64,000 nt of DNA, from the NCBI RefSeq assembly GCF_022045235.1, contig NW_027266330.1:1302001-1366000 (forward strand), in the 5' to 3' direction. This document shows positions 27,870 to 41,339 of the stretch, one piece after another (position 1 is the first letter of the stretch; each line of letters begins with the position of its first letter). This DNA comes from Haliotis cracherodii. Taxonomy: Eukaryota. The position numbers and the translations under genes are program-made. Below the pieces are notes generated by a model. That model worked only from the letters and a program-made list of their open reading frames with translations, had not been told where the DNA came from and made no database searches.

Positions 27870-28690
27870 GCTTACACAATAAGCCTACCTATTGCAGTGC
27901 CTACTGTATGAAGTGTCGACACAATAAGCAACATATTGCTATGCCTACCGTATGAAGTTCCTACACTATAACCTACCTGCTGCTAAGTCTACTGCATGAA
28001 GTGCCTACACAATACGCCTACCTATTGCTATGTCTACCACATGAAGTGCCCACATAATACCCTTTCTATTGCTATGCCTACTGTATGACGTGCCTACATA
28101 ATATGCCTACCTATTGCTATGTCTACCACATGAAGTGCCCACATAATACCCTTTCTATTGCTATGCCTACTGTATGACGTGCCTACATAATATGCCTACC
28201 TATTGCTATGTCTACTGCATGAAGTTCCCACATAATACCCTTTCTATTGCTATGCCTACTGTATGACGTGCCTACATAATATGCCTACCTATTGCTATGT
28301 CTACTGCATGAAGTTCCCACATAATACCCTTTCTATTGCTATGCCTACTGTATGACGTGCCTAAATAATATGCCTACCTATTGCTATGTCTACTGCATGA
28401 AGTTCCCACATAATACCCTTTCTATTGCTATGCCTACTGTATGACGTGCCTACATAATATGCCTACCTATTGCTATGTCTACTGCATGAAGTTCCCACAT
28501 AATACCCTTTCTATTGCTATGCCTACTGTATGACGTGCCTACATAATATGCCTACCTATTGCTATGTCTACTGCATGAAGTGCGCACATAATACCCTTCA
28601 TATTGCTATGCCAACTGTATGACGTGCCTACATAATATGCCTACCTATTGCTATGCCTACTGTTTGAAATGCCTGCACAATAAGCCTACG
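27870..28690. repeat. 45-bp minisatellite with 90-bp dimeric higher-order unit
   Basis: Alternating CTATTGCTATGCCTACTGTATGACG / CTATTGCTATGTCTACTGCATGAAG units. Confidence 0.9.
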
Positions 28691-28949
28691 GGTGACAAGG
28701 CGTGGCATGAGGCTATTGCAATACATAGCAACGACTAGAAGGCTTTACGTCGCTATGTGAAGCAGTCGTGCTGTCTTCGTGTGGTGAATAATGTATTTTA
28801 AATGTTTGAGGACGGTTTGGGATCGTTGCTGTTCTCCACAAAGATCCACACTCAAATGCTGAAAGATGCTGATGCTGACCTAGATACCTGCGGTATATAA
28901 AATAAAAAAATAAATATTGAAATTATTATTATTTATTTATTGTGTACAG

Positions 28950-29692
28950 ATTAAAATATGCAATGCAGCAAAGAGGGTTTGGATCAGGCTGGTCAGGCTC
29001 ATCATCAGCTCAGGGCCCTTCCTCCCTCTACACGCAGCCCAGACAGCGAATGGGACTTCTTCCAGGAAGTGCTGCCTAGTCAAACCCAACCAGCACTTTT
29101 CGGAGAATGTGAAGTCTCCGCAACACTGCAGCCTTCTGCATTACCCAGATTGTCAGAAGGGCAGTATTCCTGGTAGCAAACCCGGGTACTCTCCCGATGT
29201 CAGTCGATTGGGAGGTACCAAACCTAAGGCACCGAGAACAATGGGGAGTCGGACAACTTGGTACTTGGGATGCAAGCGTGACAATTCGAAAGCGAGGTCC
29301 GCATATTCGCTGTGTTTATCCTCAAGCTTGTAATTCACGGGTCGTGTCATGGATGGACCTCTGTGTGAAAACCACCAGCTTGGCGAAAACGGTAATAAAA
29401 TGATCGAGCCACGTCATCATGTAGCTTCAGATACTGTGTCTGCGCCAAAGCAGGACATCCACTGACAATGTGTCTCATTACATTCATAGGATAATCTACA
29501 TTTCATATTTACATTTTGATTCAGAATCATACATTGAGTGGGAAGTGACTGGTCCTGAGCAGCAAACAGAGAGCCTTCTGTTTCACTTTTCAGACCAGCC
29601 GACCTCATCCAAGCGAATGTCTCTGCAGGGTTGCTGATCTTCTCAACACACTGCACATAAACTCGATGCAGTGGTCGTTCAGATAGCCTCTC
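28950..29692 (-). mobile_element. R4/Dong-like non-LTR retrotransposon 3' fragment (disrupted)
   Basis: WMRSAGLKSETEGSLFAAQDQSLPT, KCRL..ET and KHSEYADLAFELSRL...VVRLPIVLGALG match the C-terminal region of RLE-type non-LTR elements; frameshifted; flanked by TAA-type microsatellites. Confidence 0.8.
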
Positions 29693-29738
29693 CTTATTAT
29701 TATTAGTAGTAGTAGTAGTAGTAGTATTACTTCTACTA

Positions 29739-29896
29739 NNNNNNNNNNNNNNNNNNNNNNNNNNNNNNNNNNNNNNNNNNNNNNNNNNNNNNNNNNNNNN
29801 NNNNNNNNNNNNNNNNNNNNNNNNNNNNNNNNNNNNNNNNNNNNNNNNNNNNNNNNNNNNNNNNNNNNNNNNNNNNNNNNNNNNNNNNNNNNNNNN
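29739..29896. other. Assembly gap (158 N)
   Basis: Run of N. Confidence 1.
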
Positions 29897-30324
29897 ATAA
29901 TGTGACGTAGATATGTAGCACTGAGCACAGTCGAGTATGTAGAGCTGAACAGCCAATGCTCACGATATGTAAATACATCTTGCACATGGTAAAGAACAAG
30001 GCTGTTGTTTTTCTATTATGTGGATGTCATTGTAGCTCACTGCCTCCAGCCATTAGGCAGACACATCCATCATCCTCAGTAGGCATAGCACTGGTTTTAA
30101 TAGCATTTCCAGGCCATTTGGCCGAGGTATTTAATAACACTATTTAGATAAAAATACACGCTTCCATCGCTGAAAGACAGAACACATTCGCGAACAAACT
30201 AACATGAATCTATGTGGTAATAAACTGATTACGTCTGTGGCGTTACAAATATTCTGTTTAATCGGTAAATACTCAAAAAGCATTATAAGAAGAGCTCATG
30301 ATGCTTGGTGCTCAAGTAGCACAT

Positions 30325-31010
30325 ACACCCTCCAGCATCACATCCACTCTCCAGCACCACATCCACCCTCGAGCACCACATCCATCCTTCAGCACCACGT
30401 CCACTCTCCAGCACCACATCCATCCCCCAGCACCACATCCACTCTCCAGCATCACATCCACTCTCCAGCACCACATCCATCCCCCAGCACCACATCCACC
30501 CTCCAGCATCACATCCACTCTCCAGCACCACATCCACCCTCGAGCACCACATCCATCCTTCAGCACCACATCCACCCTCCAGCACCACATCCATCCTCCA
30601 GCACCACATCCTGCCTCCAGCATCACATCCACCCTCCAGCACCACATCCATCCTCCAGCACCACATCCATCCTCCAGCACCACATCCACCCTCCAGCACC
30701 ACATCCATCCTCCAGCACCACATCCACCCTCCAGCACCACATCCATCCTCCAGCACCACATCGAACCTCCAGCACCACATCCATCCTCCAGCACCACATC
30801 CACTCTCCAGCACCACATCCATCCTCCAGCACCACATCCAACCTCCAGCATCACATCCACCCTACAGCACCACATCCACCCTCCAGCACCACATCCACCC
30901 TCCCACTCCAGCACCACATCCACCCTCCCACTCTAGCACCACATCAACCCTACAGCATCACATCCATCCTCCAGCACCACATCCATCCTCCAGCACCACA
31001 TCCAGCACCA
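30325..31010. repeat. 19-bp minisatellite
   Basis: CACATCCATCCTCCAGCAC. Confidence 0.93.
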
Positions 31011-31553
31011 CATACTGACAACGCAGTCCATGAACATGACCACGAGACTGTGTGATTCAGGCATCTAGTCTATATTGATTACCTGTTGATAGTGTATCAG
31101 TATTTCCCTAGTTCGAATGAAGGTACAGTGTACATTCTGGTAAAAACATTCAGTTGTTTCGTGAGATAGAGAGCCGGCGGATGTTCTGACTTGCAGACGC
31201 CACAAATGTGAAACCTTTGGGAAATCTTCTAGTTAGAAAAACCTACCAGAAGAAACTCTGCAACAATGATTGTGCTGAAAATCAATGAGTTCTAAACATT
31301 TTATCGAACATCTGCTTGAACAAACCCATAGTGTAGGGTCACGTATCGCATGTAGGAGTTAGGTAGGTAGCGAGTATATTTAGTACATATGTGACGAATA
31401 GTGGATAGCGGATCGTGAATAGTGGATAGTGTGGTGGTAGGTGTTGGTGTATGCAGGTGTAAATGAAAGCAGGTAAATCATTGTATTCAGGAGTACCTTG
31501 AATCCTGTTCAAATTGAAACATTAACGCAATATCAACAAAGGGTTTTACTTAC

Positions 31554-31715
31554 ATTGACATATCCCCAGTCGACGGTGACGGTGCGGGGGATAGAGCCGT
31601 CGTCCCACACCACGGCGTCCCCCGGGGGTGTACATACATCCCCCGCCCCTCCCATCCCGGGGGGTCCCACCAAGACGATGCACAGACACACAATCCACCT
31701 GGTGTTACTATCCAT
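31554..31715 (-). CDS. Probable first coding exon of an unidentified secreted/membrane protein gene
   Basis: ATG in ATCATGG context; MDSNTRWIVCLCIVLVGPPGMGGAG looks like a signal peptide; 54 codons end exactly at a perfect GTAAGT donor (phase 0); GC-rich relative to flanks. Confidence 0.6.
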
Positions 31716-32174
31716 GATGAAACGATTCTATGACACAATCACACACCAGAATGTCTCTGGAAGTCCAGTTCACCAGACCATCCACTCCACGTGATCAGTT
31801 ATATCTGGAGTACAAACCTACAAAGGGAGGACTCAACCCACGGGCAGGCTTGTTAGCCCAAGTCGTCCCAAGAGGACTTCAAAGACGAGATGTGTTTCAC
31901 ATGAACACTATCCAGGACACTCACAGGGCTCTCTCCAGAACTCTCACAGGGCTTTCTCAAGAACAACGCCCGCGAGGTACTCGTGGATCTCCTTCGGTAC
32001 TTATCCTGCCGGCCGGAACAATCAGACACTCTACGACGCTGGAGTAACCGTCAACTGGTGTCCGTCTATAGACCTGTACTCACAACTAAACGCCACCATC
32101 CACAGCCGTTCATCAAGCGTGTGTTATTGATCTAGAGTACACGCTCCTCACACCTGGTAGAGCTCCGCCGCAGC

Positions 32175-32305
32175 GCATGTGACTGACAGGTCTTCACGTA
32201 CATTGCGCAATGAGTTCATATCGATCTCTGATCACGTATGTAACGTACAGGACGGACATTCCCTCGTGCAATGTAGATACATGCACGTGCTGTCACGTCG
32301 CCAGA
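32175..32305 (-). promoter_or_regulatory. Putative core promoter of the 31.7-kb gene
   Basis: Inr-like TCAGTC (32181-32186, -), perfect C/EBP palindrome ATTGCGCAAT (32202-32211), E-box CACGTG near 32284, several ACGT cores. Confidence 0.35.
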
Positions 32306-33029
32306 GTCGCCTCTACACCTACAAGTAAAAATTTCCCAAGTAGGTTGCCTGTTTCTTAAAGTCTAAACTCCACGCACCTCCATCAGATCTTCCTTGAGCT
32401 GCACATCACAGACGACGATCATTTAACATATTGAAAGTATTCCCTCGTGTTCGGTGGAAGATGACAATCGCTGGAGCCGAGAGCAACGAGATGAGGATGG
32501 TGGCCGCACTCTACATCAGCTCCTTGATATACTTGATGTTGCTGGAGAGTCATCACATAAAGTGGTCGTCCACAAGCCCGTCACTTTGTTACATCCCCCT
32601 AGTGAAGTGAACCGTTCAAAGAGCATTGTGTAGCAGGCAAAGCACCTTCTAGTGGCTTGGCTTCACAGATGTATGAAGTCAGGTTTAATACACCGCCGAC
32701 CTGCCCAGCTAGCATTACAGTTACTTAACATGATTAAAGTCTGCTGTACGTTCAAGTGCTTACATACCAAATGAAATCAGCGATATGTGAAAGTGGTTAA
32801 AAGCCACACAAAGTCCGGATAAGTCTATAAGTGTCCAACACAAATTGTGTCTATCTTGTCCAACACAGCCACACGAGAACGACGTCTGCAAGTTGTACAT
32901 GTGTGTGTGTGTGTATGTCTGTGTGTGTGTGTTTGGGTCTGTATTCAAGGAACGTTTTCTAAATGGGCTCTCGATCGAGTATGTTAATTTATATACATTA
33001 CAGCTTTTTGGGGTTTTCTGTTTCTTTGT

Positions 33030-33210
33030 TTCTTTGTTTGTTGTTTAAGGCCGCGATTAGCACCGTTCCAACTATGTGAATGAATCGGAATCCAGGCATT
33101 CCAGTGACTGTGATTTTGACCATCGCTCTGCGCAGTTGGGATACGATTACATGCATCAACCAAATCAGCGATACTGATCTCCCGACCCTATCAGTCGCCT
33201 CTTACACAAG
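33030..33210 (-). mobile_element. SINE-like family 2 copy
   Basis: Similarity to 49745-49995. Confidence 0.65.
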
Positions 33211-33354
33211 TATTGATCCCTGAATACCAATTCGAACTCGAATATTTTCGGGGTAAACATTGAAGCAGAAATACGACCTCTTTATTATTATTATCATTAT
33301 TATTATTGTTCTTCTTCTTATTATTATTATTATTATTATGTTACCGATATTACC

Positions 33355-33447
33355 GATACAAATAAATAAATGCAGCAAAGAGGGTTTGGGTGACCCTGGC
33401 AGAGTCAGGCTGGTTTGGTTCATCCCGGCCGCATCCCAGACAGCAAA
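33355..33447 (-). mobile_element. R4/Dong-like short 3' fragment
   Basis: ATGCAGCAAAGAGGGTTTGG...GCATCCCAGACAGC matches the same 3' end; embedded in ATT/ACT microsatellite. Confidence 0.6.
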
Positions 33448-33589
33448 TACTACAACTACTGCTTCTACTACTACTACTGCTGCTGCTGCTGCTACTACTA
33501 CTAATGATAATAATAATTATCTTCATCCTCCTCATCGTCGTCGTCGTTATAATTATTATTATTATTATCATTATTATTATTAACAGATT

Positions 33590-33785
33590 AATATAAAAAA
33601 ATGCCCCAAAGAGGGTTTGGGTGATCCTGGCACAGTCAGGCTGGTTAGGCTCATCATCAGCTCAGGGCCCTTGCCCCCTCTACACGCAGCCCAGACAGCG
33701 AATGGGGCTTCCCCCAGGAAGTGCCGCCTAGTTAAACCCACCCAGAACGTTTCGGAGAATGTGAAGACTCCCCAACACTGCAGTC
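33590..33785 (-). mobile_element. R4/Dong-like 3' UTR fragment
   Basis: Clear similarity to 28950-29135; abuts (ATT)n. Confidence 0.7.
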
Positions 33786-33866
33786 TCATTGCATTCTCAG
33801 TCTCATTCATCTACATACATATTCACATTTTGATGCAAAATCACACATTGACGGTTTCGAGTTGGA

Positions 33867-33921
<55 letters not shown>

Positions 33922-34309
33922 ACCACACACCTGCTGTGCGCCCTGGCACATGTGAAGCACTCAGCGTGAAGAATGTGCACAATTAGAAGCCCCGCCCAGG
34001 TAATTGTTGCATACAATAAATAATATCAACTGATGGAATGAAGTATATGGACGTCTGACGTGCAGACACGATATTGATCCCCGTCGGCGTTGTCGCACCT
34101 GTTACAGCAGTATCGACTCGCCTTGTCTCCTATCACCGACAGCCGGCGCTTAACGTGAATAATTGGTAGAAATTTGCCCAGCCTAACATGGAATTGATTT
34201 TGATAGGAATTATGATCACGCTAATTTCCCAGTTATTATGTCTTGACGCATGACTGACGAAAAGCACTTCAGTTGTGTTTATATAAATATACTTATGAGT
34301 AACCATGAT

Positions 34310-35470
34310 GTGGGTGTAGGACAGTGTTCGTGAGTGTAGGACAGTGTTGGTGAGTGTAGGACAGTGTTAATGTAGGACAGTGTTGGTGATGTAGGACAGT
34401 GTTAATGTAGGAAAGTGTTGGTGAGTGTAGGAAAGTGTTGATGAGTGTTGGAAAGTGTTGGTGAGTGTAGGAAAGTGTTGGTGAGTGTAGGACAGTGTTG
34501 GTTAGTGTATGACTGTGTTGGTGAGTGTAGGACAGTGTTGGTGAGTGTAGGAAAGTGTTGATGTGTGTAGGAGAGTGTTGGTGAGTGTTGGGCAGTGTTG
34601 ATGAGTGTTGGGCAGTGTTCGTGATGTAGGACAGTGTTGATGAGTGTTGGGCAGTGTTGGTGAGTGTTGGACAGTGTTGGTGAGTGTTGGACAGTGTTGG
34701 TGAGTGTAGGACAGTGTTGGTGAGTGTAGGAGAGTGTTGGTGAGTGTTGGACAGTGTTGGTGAGTGTAGGAGAGTGTTGGTGAGTGTTGGACAGTGTTGG
34801 TGAGTGTAGGAAAGTGTTGGTAAGTGTGGGGCAGTGTTTGTGAGTGTAGGAAAGTGTTTGTGAGTGTAGGAAAGTTTTGGTGAGTGTAGGAAAGTGTTGT
34901 TGAGTGTAGGACAGTGTTGGTGAGTGTAGGACAGTGTTGGTGAGTGTTTGACAGAGTTGATGTATTACAGTGTTGGTGAGTGTAGGACAGTGTTGGTGAG
35001 TGTTTGACAGAGTTGATGTATTACAGTGTTGGTGAGTGTAGGACAGTGTTGGTGAGTGTTTGACAGAGTTGATGTATTACAGTGTTGGTGAGTGTTGGAC
35101 AGTGTTGGTGAGTGTATGACAGAGTTGATGTATTACAGTGTTGGTGAGTGTAGGACAGTGTTGGTGAGTGTTTGACAGAGTTGATGTATTACAGTGTTGG
35201 TGAGTGTAGGACAGTGTTGGTGAGTGTTTGACAGAGTTGATGTATTACAGTGTTGGTGAGTGTAGGACAGTGTTGGTGAGTGTATGACAGAGTTGATGTA
35301 TTACAGTGTTGGTGAGTGTAGGACAGTGTTGGTGAGTGTTTGACAGAGTTGATGTATTACAGTGTTGGTGAGTGTAGGACAGTGTTGGTGAGTGTATGAC
35401 AGAGTTGATGTATTACAGTGTTGGTGAGTGTAGGACAGTGTTGGTGAGTGTTTGACAATGTTGATGTCGG
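34310..35470. repeat. 20-bp minisatellite grading into a 56-bp higher-order unit
   Basis: GTGTTGGTGAGTGTAGGACA; 56-bp period after ~34940. Confidence 0.93.
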
Positions 35471-35477
35471 AAGTGTT

Positions 35478-36990
35478 GTCCTTCATTTGGTTTTCCGCTA
35501 CTTTAATATGTCAGGATGTCCTTCATCTTACGTTGTGTTGCTTTAATATGTCAGGATGTCCTTCATCTTACGTTGTGTTGCTTTAATATGTCAGGATGTC
35601 CTTCATCTTGCGTTGTGTTACTTTAATATGTCAGGATGTCCTTCATCTTACGTTGTGTTGCTTTAATATGTCAGGATGTCCTTCATCTTACGTTGTGTTG
35701 CTTTAATATGTCAGGATGTCCTTCATCTTGCGTTGTGTTACTTTAATATGTCAGGATGTCCTTCATCTTGCGTTGTGTTGCTTTAATATGTCAGGATGTC
35801 CTTCATCTTACGTTGTGTTGCTTTAATATGTCAGGATGTCCTTCATCTTACGTTGTGTTGCTTTAATATGTCAGGATGTCCTTCATCTTACGTTGTGTTG
35901 CTTTAATATGTCAGGATGTCCTTCATCTTACGTTGTGTTGCTTTAATATGTCAGGATGTCCTTCATCTTACGTTGTGTTGCTTTAATATGTCAGGATGTC
36001 CTTCATCTTACGTTGTGTTGCTTTAATATGTCAGGATGTCCTTCGAACAAGGCACTGACACGCCAGATTGTCCTTCATCTTGCGTTGTGTTACTTTAATA
36101 TGTCAGGATGTCCTTCATCTTACGTTGTGTTGCTTTAATATGTCAGGATGTCCTTCATCTTACGTTGTGTTGCTTTAATATGTCAGGATGTCCTTCGAAC
36201 AAGGCACTGACACGCCAGATTGTCCTTCATCTTGCGTTGTGTTACTTTAATATGTCAGGATGTCCTTCGAACAAGGCACTGACACGCCAGATTGTACTTC
36301 ATCTTGCGTTGTGTTACTTTAATATGTCAGAATGTCCTTCGAACAAGGCACTGACACGCCAGATTGTCCTTCATCTTGCGTTGTGTTGCTTTAATATGTC
36401 AGGATGTCCTTCGAACAAGGCACTGACACGCCAGATTGTCCTTCATCTTGCGTTGTGTTGCTTTAATATGTCAGGATGTCCTTCGAACAAGGCACTGACA
36501 CGCCAGATTGTCCTTCATCTTGCGTTGTGTTACTTTAATATGTCAGAATGTCCTCGATCAAGGCACTGACACGCCAGATTGTCCTTCATCTTGCGTTGTG
36601 TTACTTTAATATGTCAGGATGTCCTTCGAACAAGGCACTGACACGCCAGATTGTCCTTCATCTTGCGTTGTGTTGCTTTAATATGTCAGGATGTCCTTCA
36701 TCTTGCGTTGTGTTGCTTTAATATGTCAGGATGTCCTTCGAACAAGGCACTGACACGCCAGATTGTCCTTCATCTTGCGTTGTGTTGCTTTAATATGTCA
36801 GGATGTCCTTCGAACAAGGCACTGACACGCCAGATTGTCCTTCATCTTGCGTTGTGTTGCTTTAATATGTCAGGATGTCCTTCGAACAAGGCACTGACAC
36901 GCCAGATTGTCCTTCATCTTGCGTTGTGTTGCTTTAATATGTCAGAATGTCGTTCATGTGGTGTTCTGCTACTTTAATATGTAAGAATAT
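35478..36990. repeat. 40-bp / 72-bp composite minisatellite
   Basis: GTCCTTCATCTTRCGTTGTGTTGCTTTAATATGTCAGGAT with or without a 32-bp extra segment. Confidence 0.95.
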
Positions 36991-39161
36991 GTAAGAATAT
37001 CGAATGATGCGCTGACACGGCAATACGTCAGAATGTCCTTCAAATGATGTACTAGTTAATACACCAGTGATTTTTCATCCCTTTCTGATGGGCCATGAAA
37101 GAACGTATTCATTGACAAATCGATTCCTGAAAATACAAAATACGATTTAGCTATAATTGAAAATAAATGCATTGATTCAAGGAACATTTAAATTTAATTT
37201 AACGCCTTAGGTCAAAATTTAACAAATAATGGTATTTATTTTGTGGCGAGCACCAACACTTGCCCAGAAGGGTTTGCGTGGAGGCCAAGTGACAGCGAGA
37301 AGGTTTTCTCCTGGAAACAACTACAGCTCTCGGCGTGTAAAAAGGTACTTCTCATCTTTACTGCTGTAAATAGCTTCTCTATCAATCTGCGTCGACGCAA
37401 GGTATTTTCGATTTCACGTTTTGTGCGATTTCTCAATAACCGTCCTCACGGTTTATTAAGCAAATGTGCCTTAAGAGATCTAGGGATACGTGCCAATGTC
37501 CCCAAATTTACTTTTTGTGAAAGAAATTGGTCATAGTAAATTTGATTTCATGAATGACGAAACAAAGGGAAGTGGTCTGACGCATTTTAATAGAATTTCT
37601 CCGACCTCCATGACGTGAGGGCGGACCCAGTACGTGCAGTGTTCATATCAATTCTGGGAGATCGATTAAAAGAGAGCATTCCAAGTTGGTGCTAAGGGAC
37701 AAGGTTTCAATTGCAATTACTCAATTCTTTCTGGGCCACGCTGACTCCAGAACCCGATGAAACTTCTGACACTCACTCACTGACTGCAGAACACGGGGAA
37801 CTGACTGACTGACTGACTGAATGAAGGTCTTCACGCACATCTCCGCTGTGTCAAGTGTGCCACGTATATCGGGACGGTATGTCGGGACGGTCTATCGGAA
37901 CGGTATATCGGGATCTCTACACAGTACGTTTATCATGGTATGTTACTGTCTATGTTAGCGTGTGTATGTCTGCCTGTTTAGTGTTCATAAACATGTTATA
38001 TCTAAATAATTATATATTCATTTGGTAGATACTTTATACAAACTCGTGCTCATTAGTGCATGGATTGGAACACAATAACCTTTGAACTCGAGATGTTTTG
38101 AACACAAATAGTGCACGTGCCTCATGTCCTGCATGCCTTAGTCACAATCACGTGACACATCTGTTGTCTTCGAGCACATTTTTAATACAACATATGACCA
38201 CTCACGTACACCGCCCTGCCGCGTACAGCGCCATTACTATGTCCTGGTGAGACTACATCCTACAGTCTAGCTGTATTTTTCTGTAGGGAGGAACTCCACC
38301 GCCTTATTCTCCCGGGTTTGTAGGGAGGAACTCCACCGCCTTATTCTCCCGGGTCTGTGCATCGATGAAACACCAACGCTTCCCGACCTCCAAGGCAGTA
38401 GTTGTTATCGACTTACTCTACTAACTCAACCTTATAGATAAGATTTCATATTTGTGTTAATATATCGAGGGCTGAATAAACTAGTTAAGTGTTAGACAGC
38501 CTTTCCATCTCGCTCTCGCCCAACCCCGTCAATATCTCGTGAACCTATTTCCTACCAAAATACACAGTCCAACCTATAGGAGGTCTGTCATTTCGGAAGC
38601 CTCGATTACTTTGCTGTCCAATCCACTTTCTTTATTGGTATTCCTTAATCTCGGATCGCCAAGGGACCTATTTTGTGGTATCAGCTAACGACCTGTCACA
38701 CACTGATGGCGGCGGAGGAAGTGGTGAAGTGTAGCGCAGTGATACATCAACTCCCATGGTGCTCCGGTGTCAAGCTTCTGTTTAGGGTGACCCTTCTGTG
38801 AACACACATCTCAAGAAAGACGTTCCGTTAATGGTTCTATCGCTTGATTTATCTATCACTCGTGCTTCGTTAGTTCAACCAAAACCAATCACAGCAATGA
38901 AGGGGATTTTGACTGGCGCCTTTGGTCGCCTTCCGCGATGAAGTTACTACACCAGCTTGATTGTCCCTCTTCAGATGAAGATAAATCAGGGACTGAAGAC
39001 ATTGAGACGGGGACAAGTCGACTGTAGGCCAAATCGAACTGGAGCTACTCATACACTGACGCAAGCCGTACGTGACGTGTCTGTAGAGGTCACACGGAGT
39101 TTTAGAATAATACTTAATACTCCAACACAGTAGCAGAATATCCATCCCGTGTAGGAAACAA

Positions 39162-39314
39162 GACACGGCTTCCATACTGTCATCGTGAACACTTCCCATC
39201 CTGGTGACACGGCTTCCATACTGGCATCGTGAACACTTCCCATCCTGGTGACGCGGCTTCTATACTGGCATCGTGAACACTTCCCATCCTGGTGACACGG
39301 CTTCTATACTGGCA
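39162..39314. repeat. 44-bp tandem repeat, ~3.4 copies
   Basis: GACACGGCTTCCATACTGGCATCGTGAACACTTCCCATCCTGGT. Confidence 0.9.
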
Positions 39315-39579
39315 TGATATGAGCATTTGGAGACGAATCAACAATTGTCTACACGAAGAAAGTATGACAGTCAGAGAGATAGGCAAGGTTGATACAGTTT
39401 TGGTGTCTCAGATATATAATGGTTTTATTCACGAAATCGAAATGTTAAACATTCTCTCAAAATACTAAAGTGAAAACAAGGTTTAAAAGGACGTGAATTT
39501 GTTCAATAACATCGTAGGCGTATCTGAGACAGCATCGCACAATGTTGTGTGAAGTTGACATGTGCAAATATGACTGCAC

Positions 39580-40540
39580 AGATGATCCCACAATATGACA
39601 ACCACTGAAGTAACCACTGCACCATGTTGGGTGAAGGTGACAGGTGATCCCACAATATGACAACCACTGAAGTAACCACTGCAACATGCTGGGTGAAGGT
39701 GACAGGTGATATCACAATATGACAACCACTGAAGTAACCACTGCACCGTGTTGGGTGAAGGTGACAGATGATCCCACAATATGACAACCACTGAAGTAAC
39801 CACTGCACCGTGTTTGGGTGAAGGTGACAGGTGATCCCACAATATGACAACCACTGAAGTAACCACTGCACCGTGTTGGGTGAAGGTGACAGGTCATCAC
39901 ACAATATGACAACCACTGAAGTAACCACTGCACCGTGTTGGGTGAAGGTGACAGGTGATCCCACAATATGACAACAACTGAAGTAACCACTTCACCGTGT
40001 TGGGTGAAGGTGACAGGTCATCACACAATATGACAACCACTGAAGTAACCACTTCACCGTGTTGGGTGAAGGTGACAGGTCATCACACAATATGACAACC
40101 ACTGAAGTAACCACTGCACCGTGTTGGGTGAAGGTGACAGGTCATCACACAATATGACAACAACTGAAGTAACCACTGCACCGTGTTGGGTGAAGGTGAC
40201 AGGTGATCCCACAATATGACAACAACTGAAGTAACCACTTCACCGTGTTGGGTGAAGGTGACAGGTCATCACACAATATGACAACCACTGAAGTAACCAC
40301 TTCACCGTGTTGGGTGAAGGTGACAGGTCATCACACAATATGACAACCACTGAAGTAACCACTTCACCGTGTTGGGTGAAGGTGACAGGTCATCACACAA
40401 TATGACAACAACTGAAGTAACCACTTCACCGTGTTGGGTGAAGGTGACAGGTCATCACACAATATGACAACCACCGAAGTAACCACTGCACCGTGTTGGG
40501 TGAAGGTGACAGGTCATCACACAATATGACAACCACTGAA
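39580..40540. repeat. 62-bp minisatellite, ~15 copies
   Basis: ACAGGTCATCACACAATATGACAACCACTGAAGTAACCACTGCACCGTGTTGGGTGAAGGTG. Confidence 0.95.
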
Positions 40541-41339
40541 ATGACCAGTGTAAAATGGTTGTTCGGCACGAGGTAGGTGCCTGCAGACTGTTGTGTTGAC
40601 GAATGGAGGGTGTTTTTCTAGGACATATCGACTACGCCCATAACTCTATTTCCGGCATTCTACTCGTATATCTCAGAAATGTACTCATCGCCTAATGCAC
40701 TAATCGTACAAATGATCAATGGAAAAGTGTAGTTGTATATTACTCAAATCGCGTTCACACTCAGTGGAATGTGTTTCAGCAGGCAATCGAGATGGAATAT
40801 TTTCTGGCTTTGATATTTCACATCCGCATAATACTTAGGCCAGGCGATTTGTTGTTCGTTCTCTGTATATGGAGAGGTAATACAAGTAGCAAACGAAGGA
40901 TGAACGCATGATGGTATTCTCCAGTGAGTCTCTCTGATTTTCAACCATTGTTTTGTGTTGAACATATTATACGATGACAAAGCAGACACAATTTATTTAG
41001 TTCTTTTATACTGTAAAGGCGACGTTACAGTATTAAAGAAGTTATTATCCATAAATTGTGTCTACTTTGTCATCCGTCAACTTCTAAGTAATGCCTATCA
41101 AACAAGTCATATTATACGATGCTTCACACAACCCTTACCTGAACTGCAGCATCGCCTGGTGACGCTTGACGGCCAAAAGGGCGTTCTCAATTATGTTTGT
41201 TTCTCAACTCCCAGTTTTCTCTGGTTTTCCCAGAGGGGCGGTCAAAAAAAGAAAAATAAGTGAAAATATTTTTTTTATTGCAGAATACCTATTCCAAATG
41301 GTAAATCCAAACGGCGAACGTACACTCTCAAAGATGTGA

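Noticed and set aside
30204-31055. His/Pro-rich and Trp/Cys-rich ORFs
   Set aside because: Translations of the 19-bp minisatellite.
32380-32620. Coding-like stretch (LSSNIKYIKELM...) on minus
   Set aside because: Interrupted by stops and no family recognisable; cannot be called a pseudogene.
603-40540. CRISPR-like appearance of regular repeats
   Set aside because: Units are contiguous with no unique spacers, there are no cas genes, and the context is eukaryotic.
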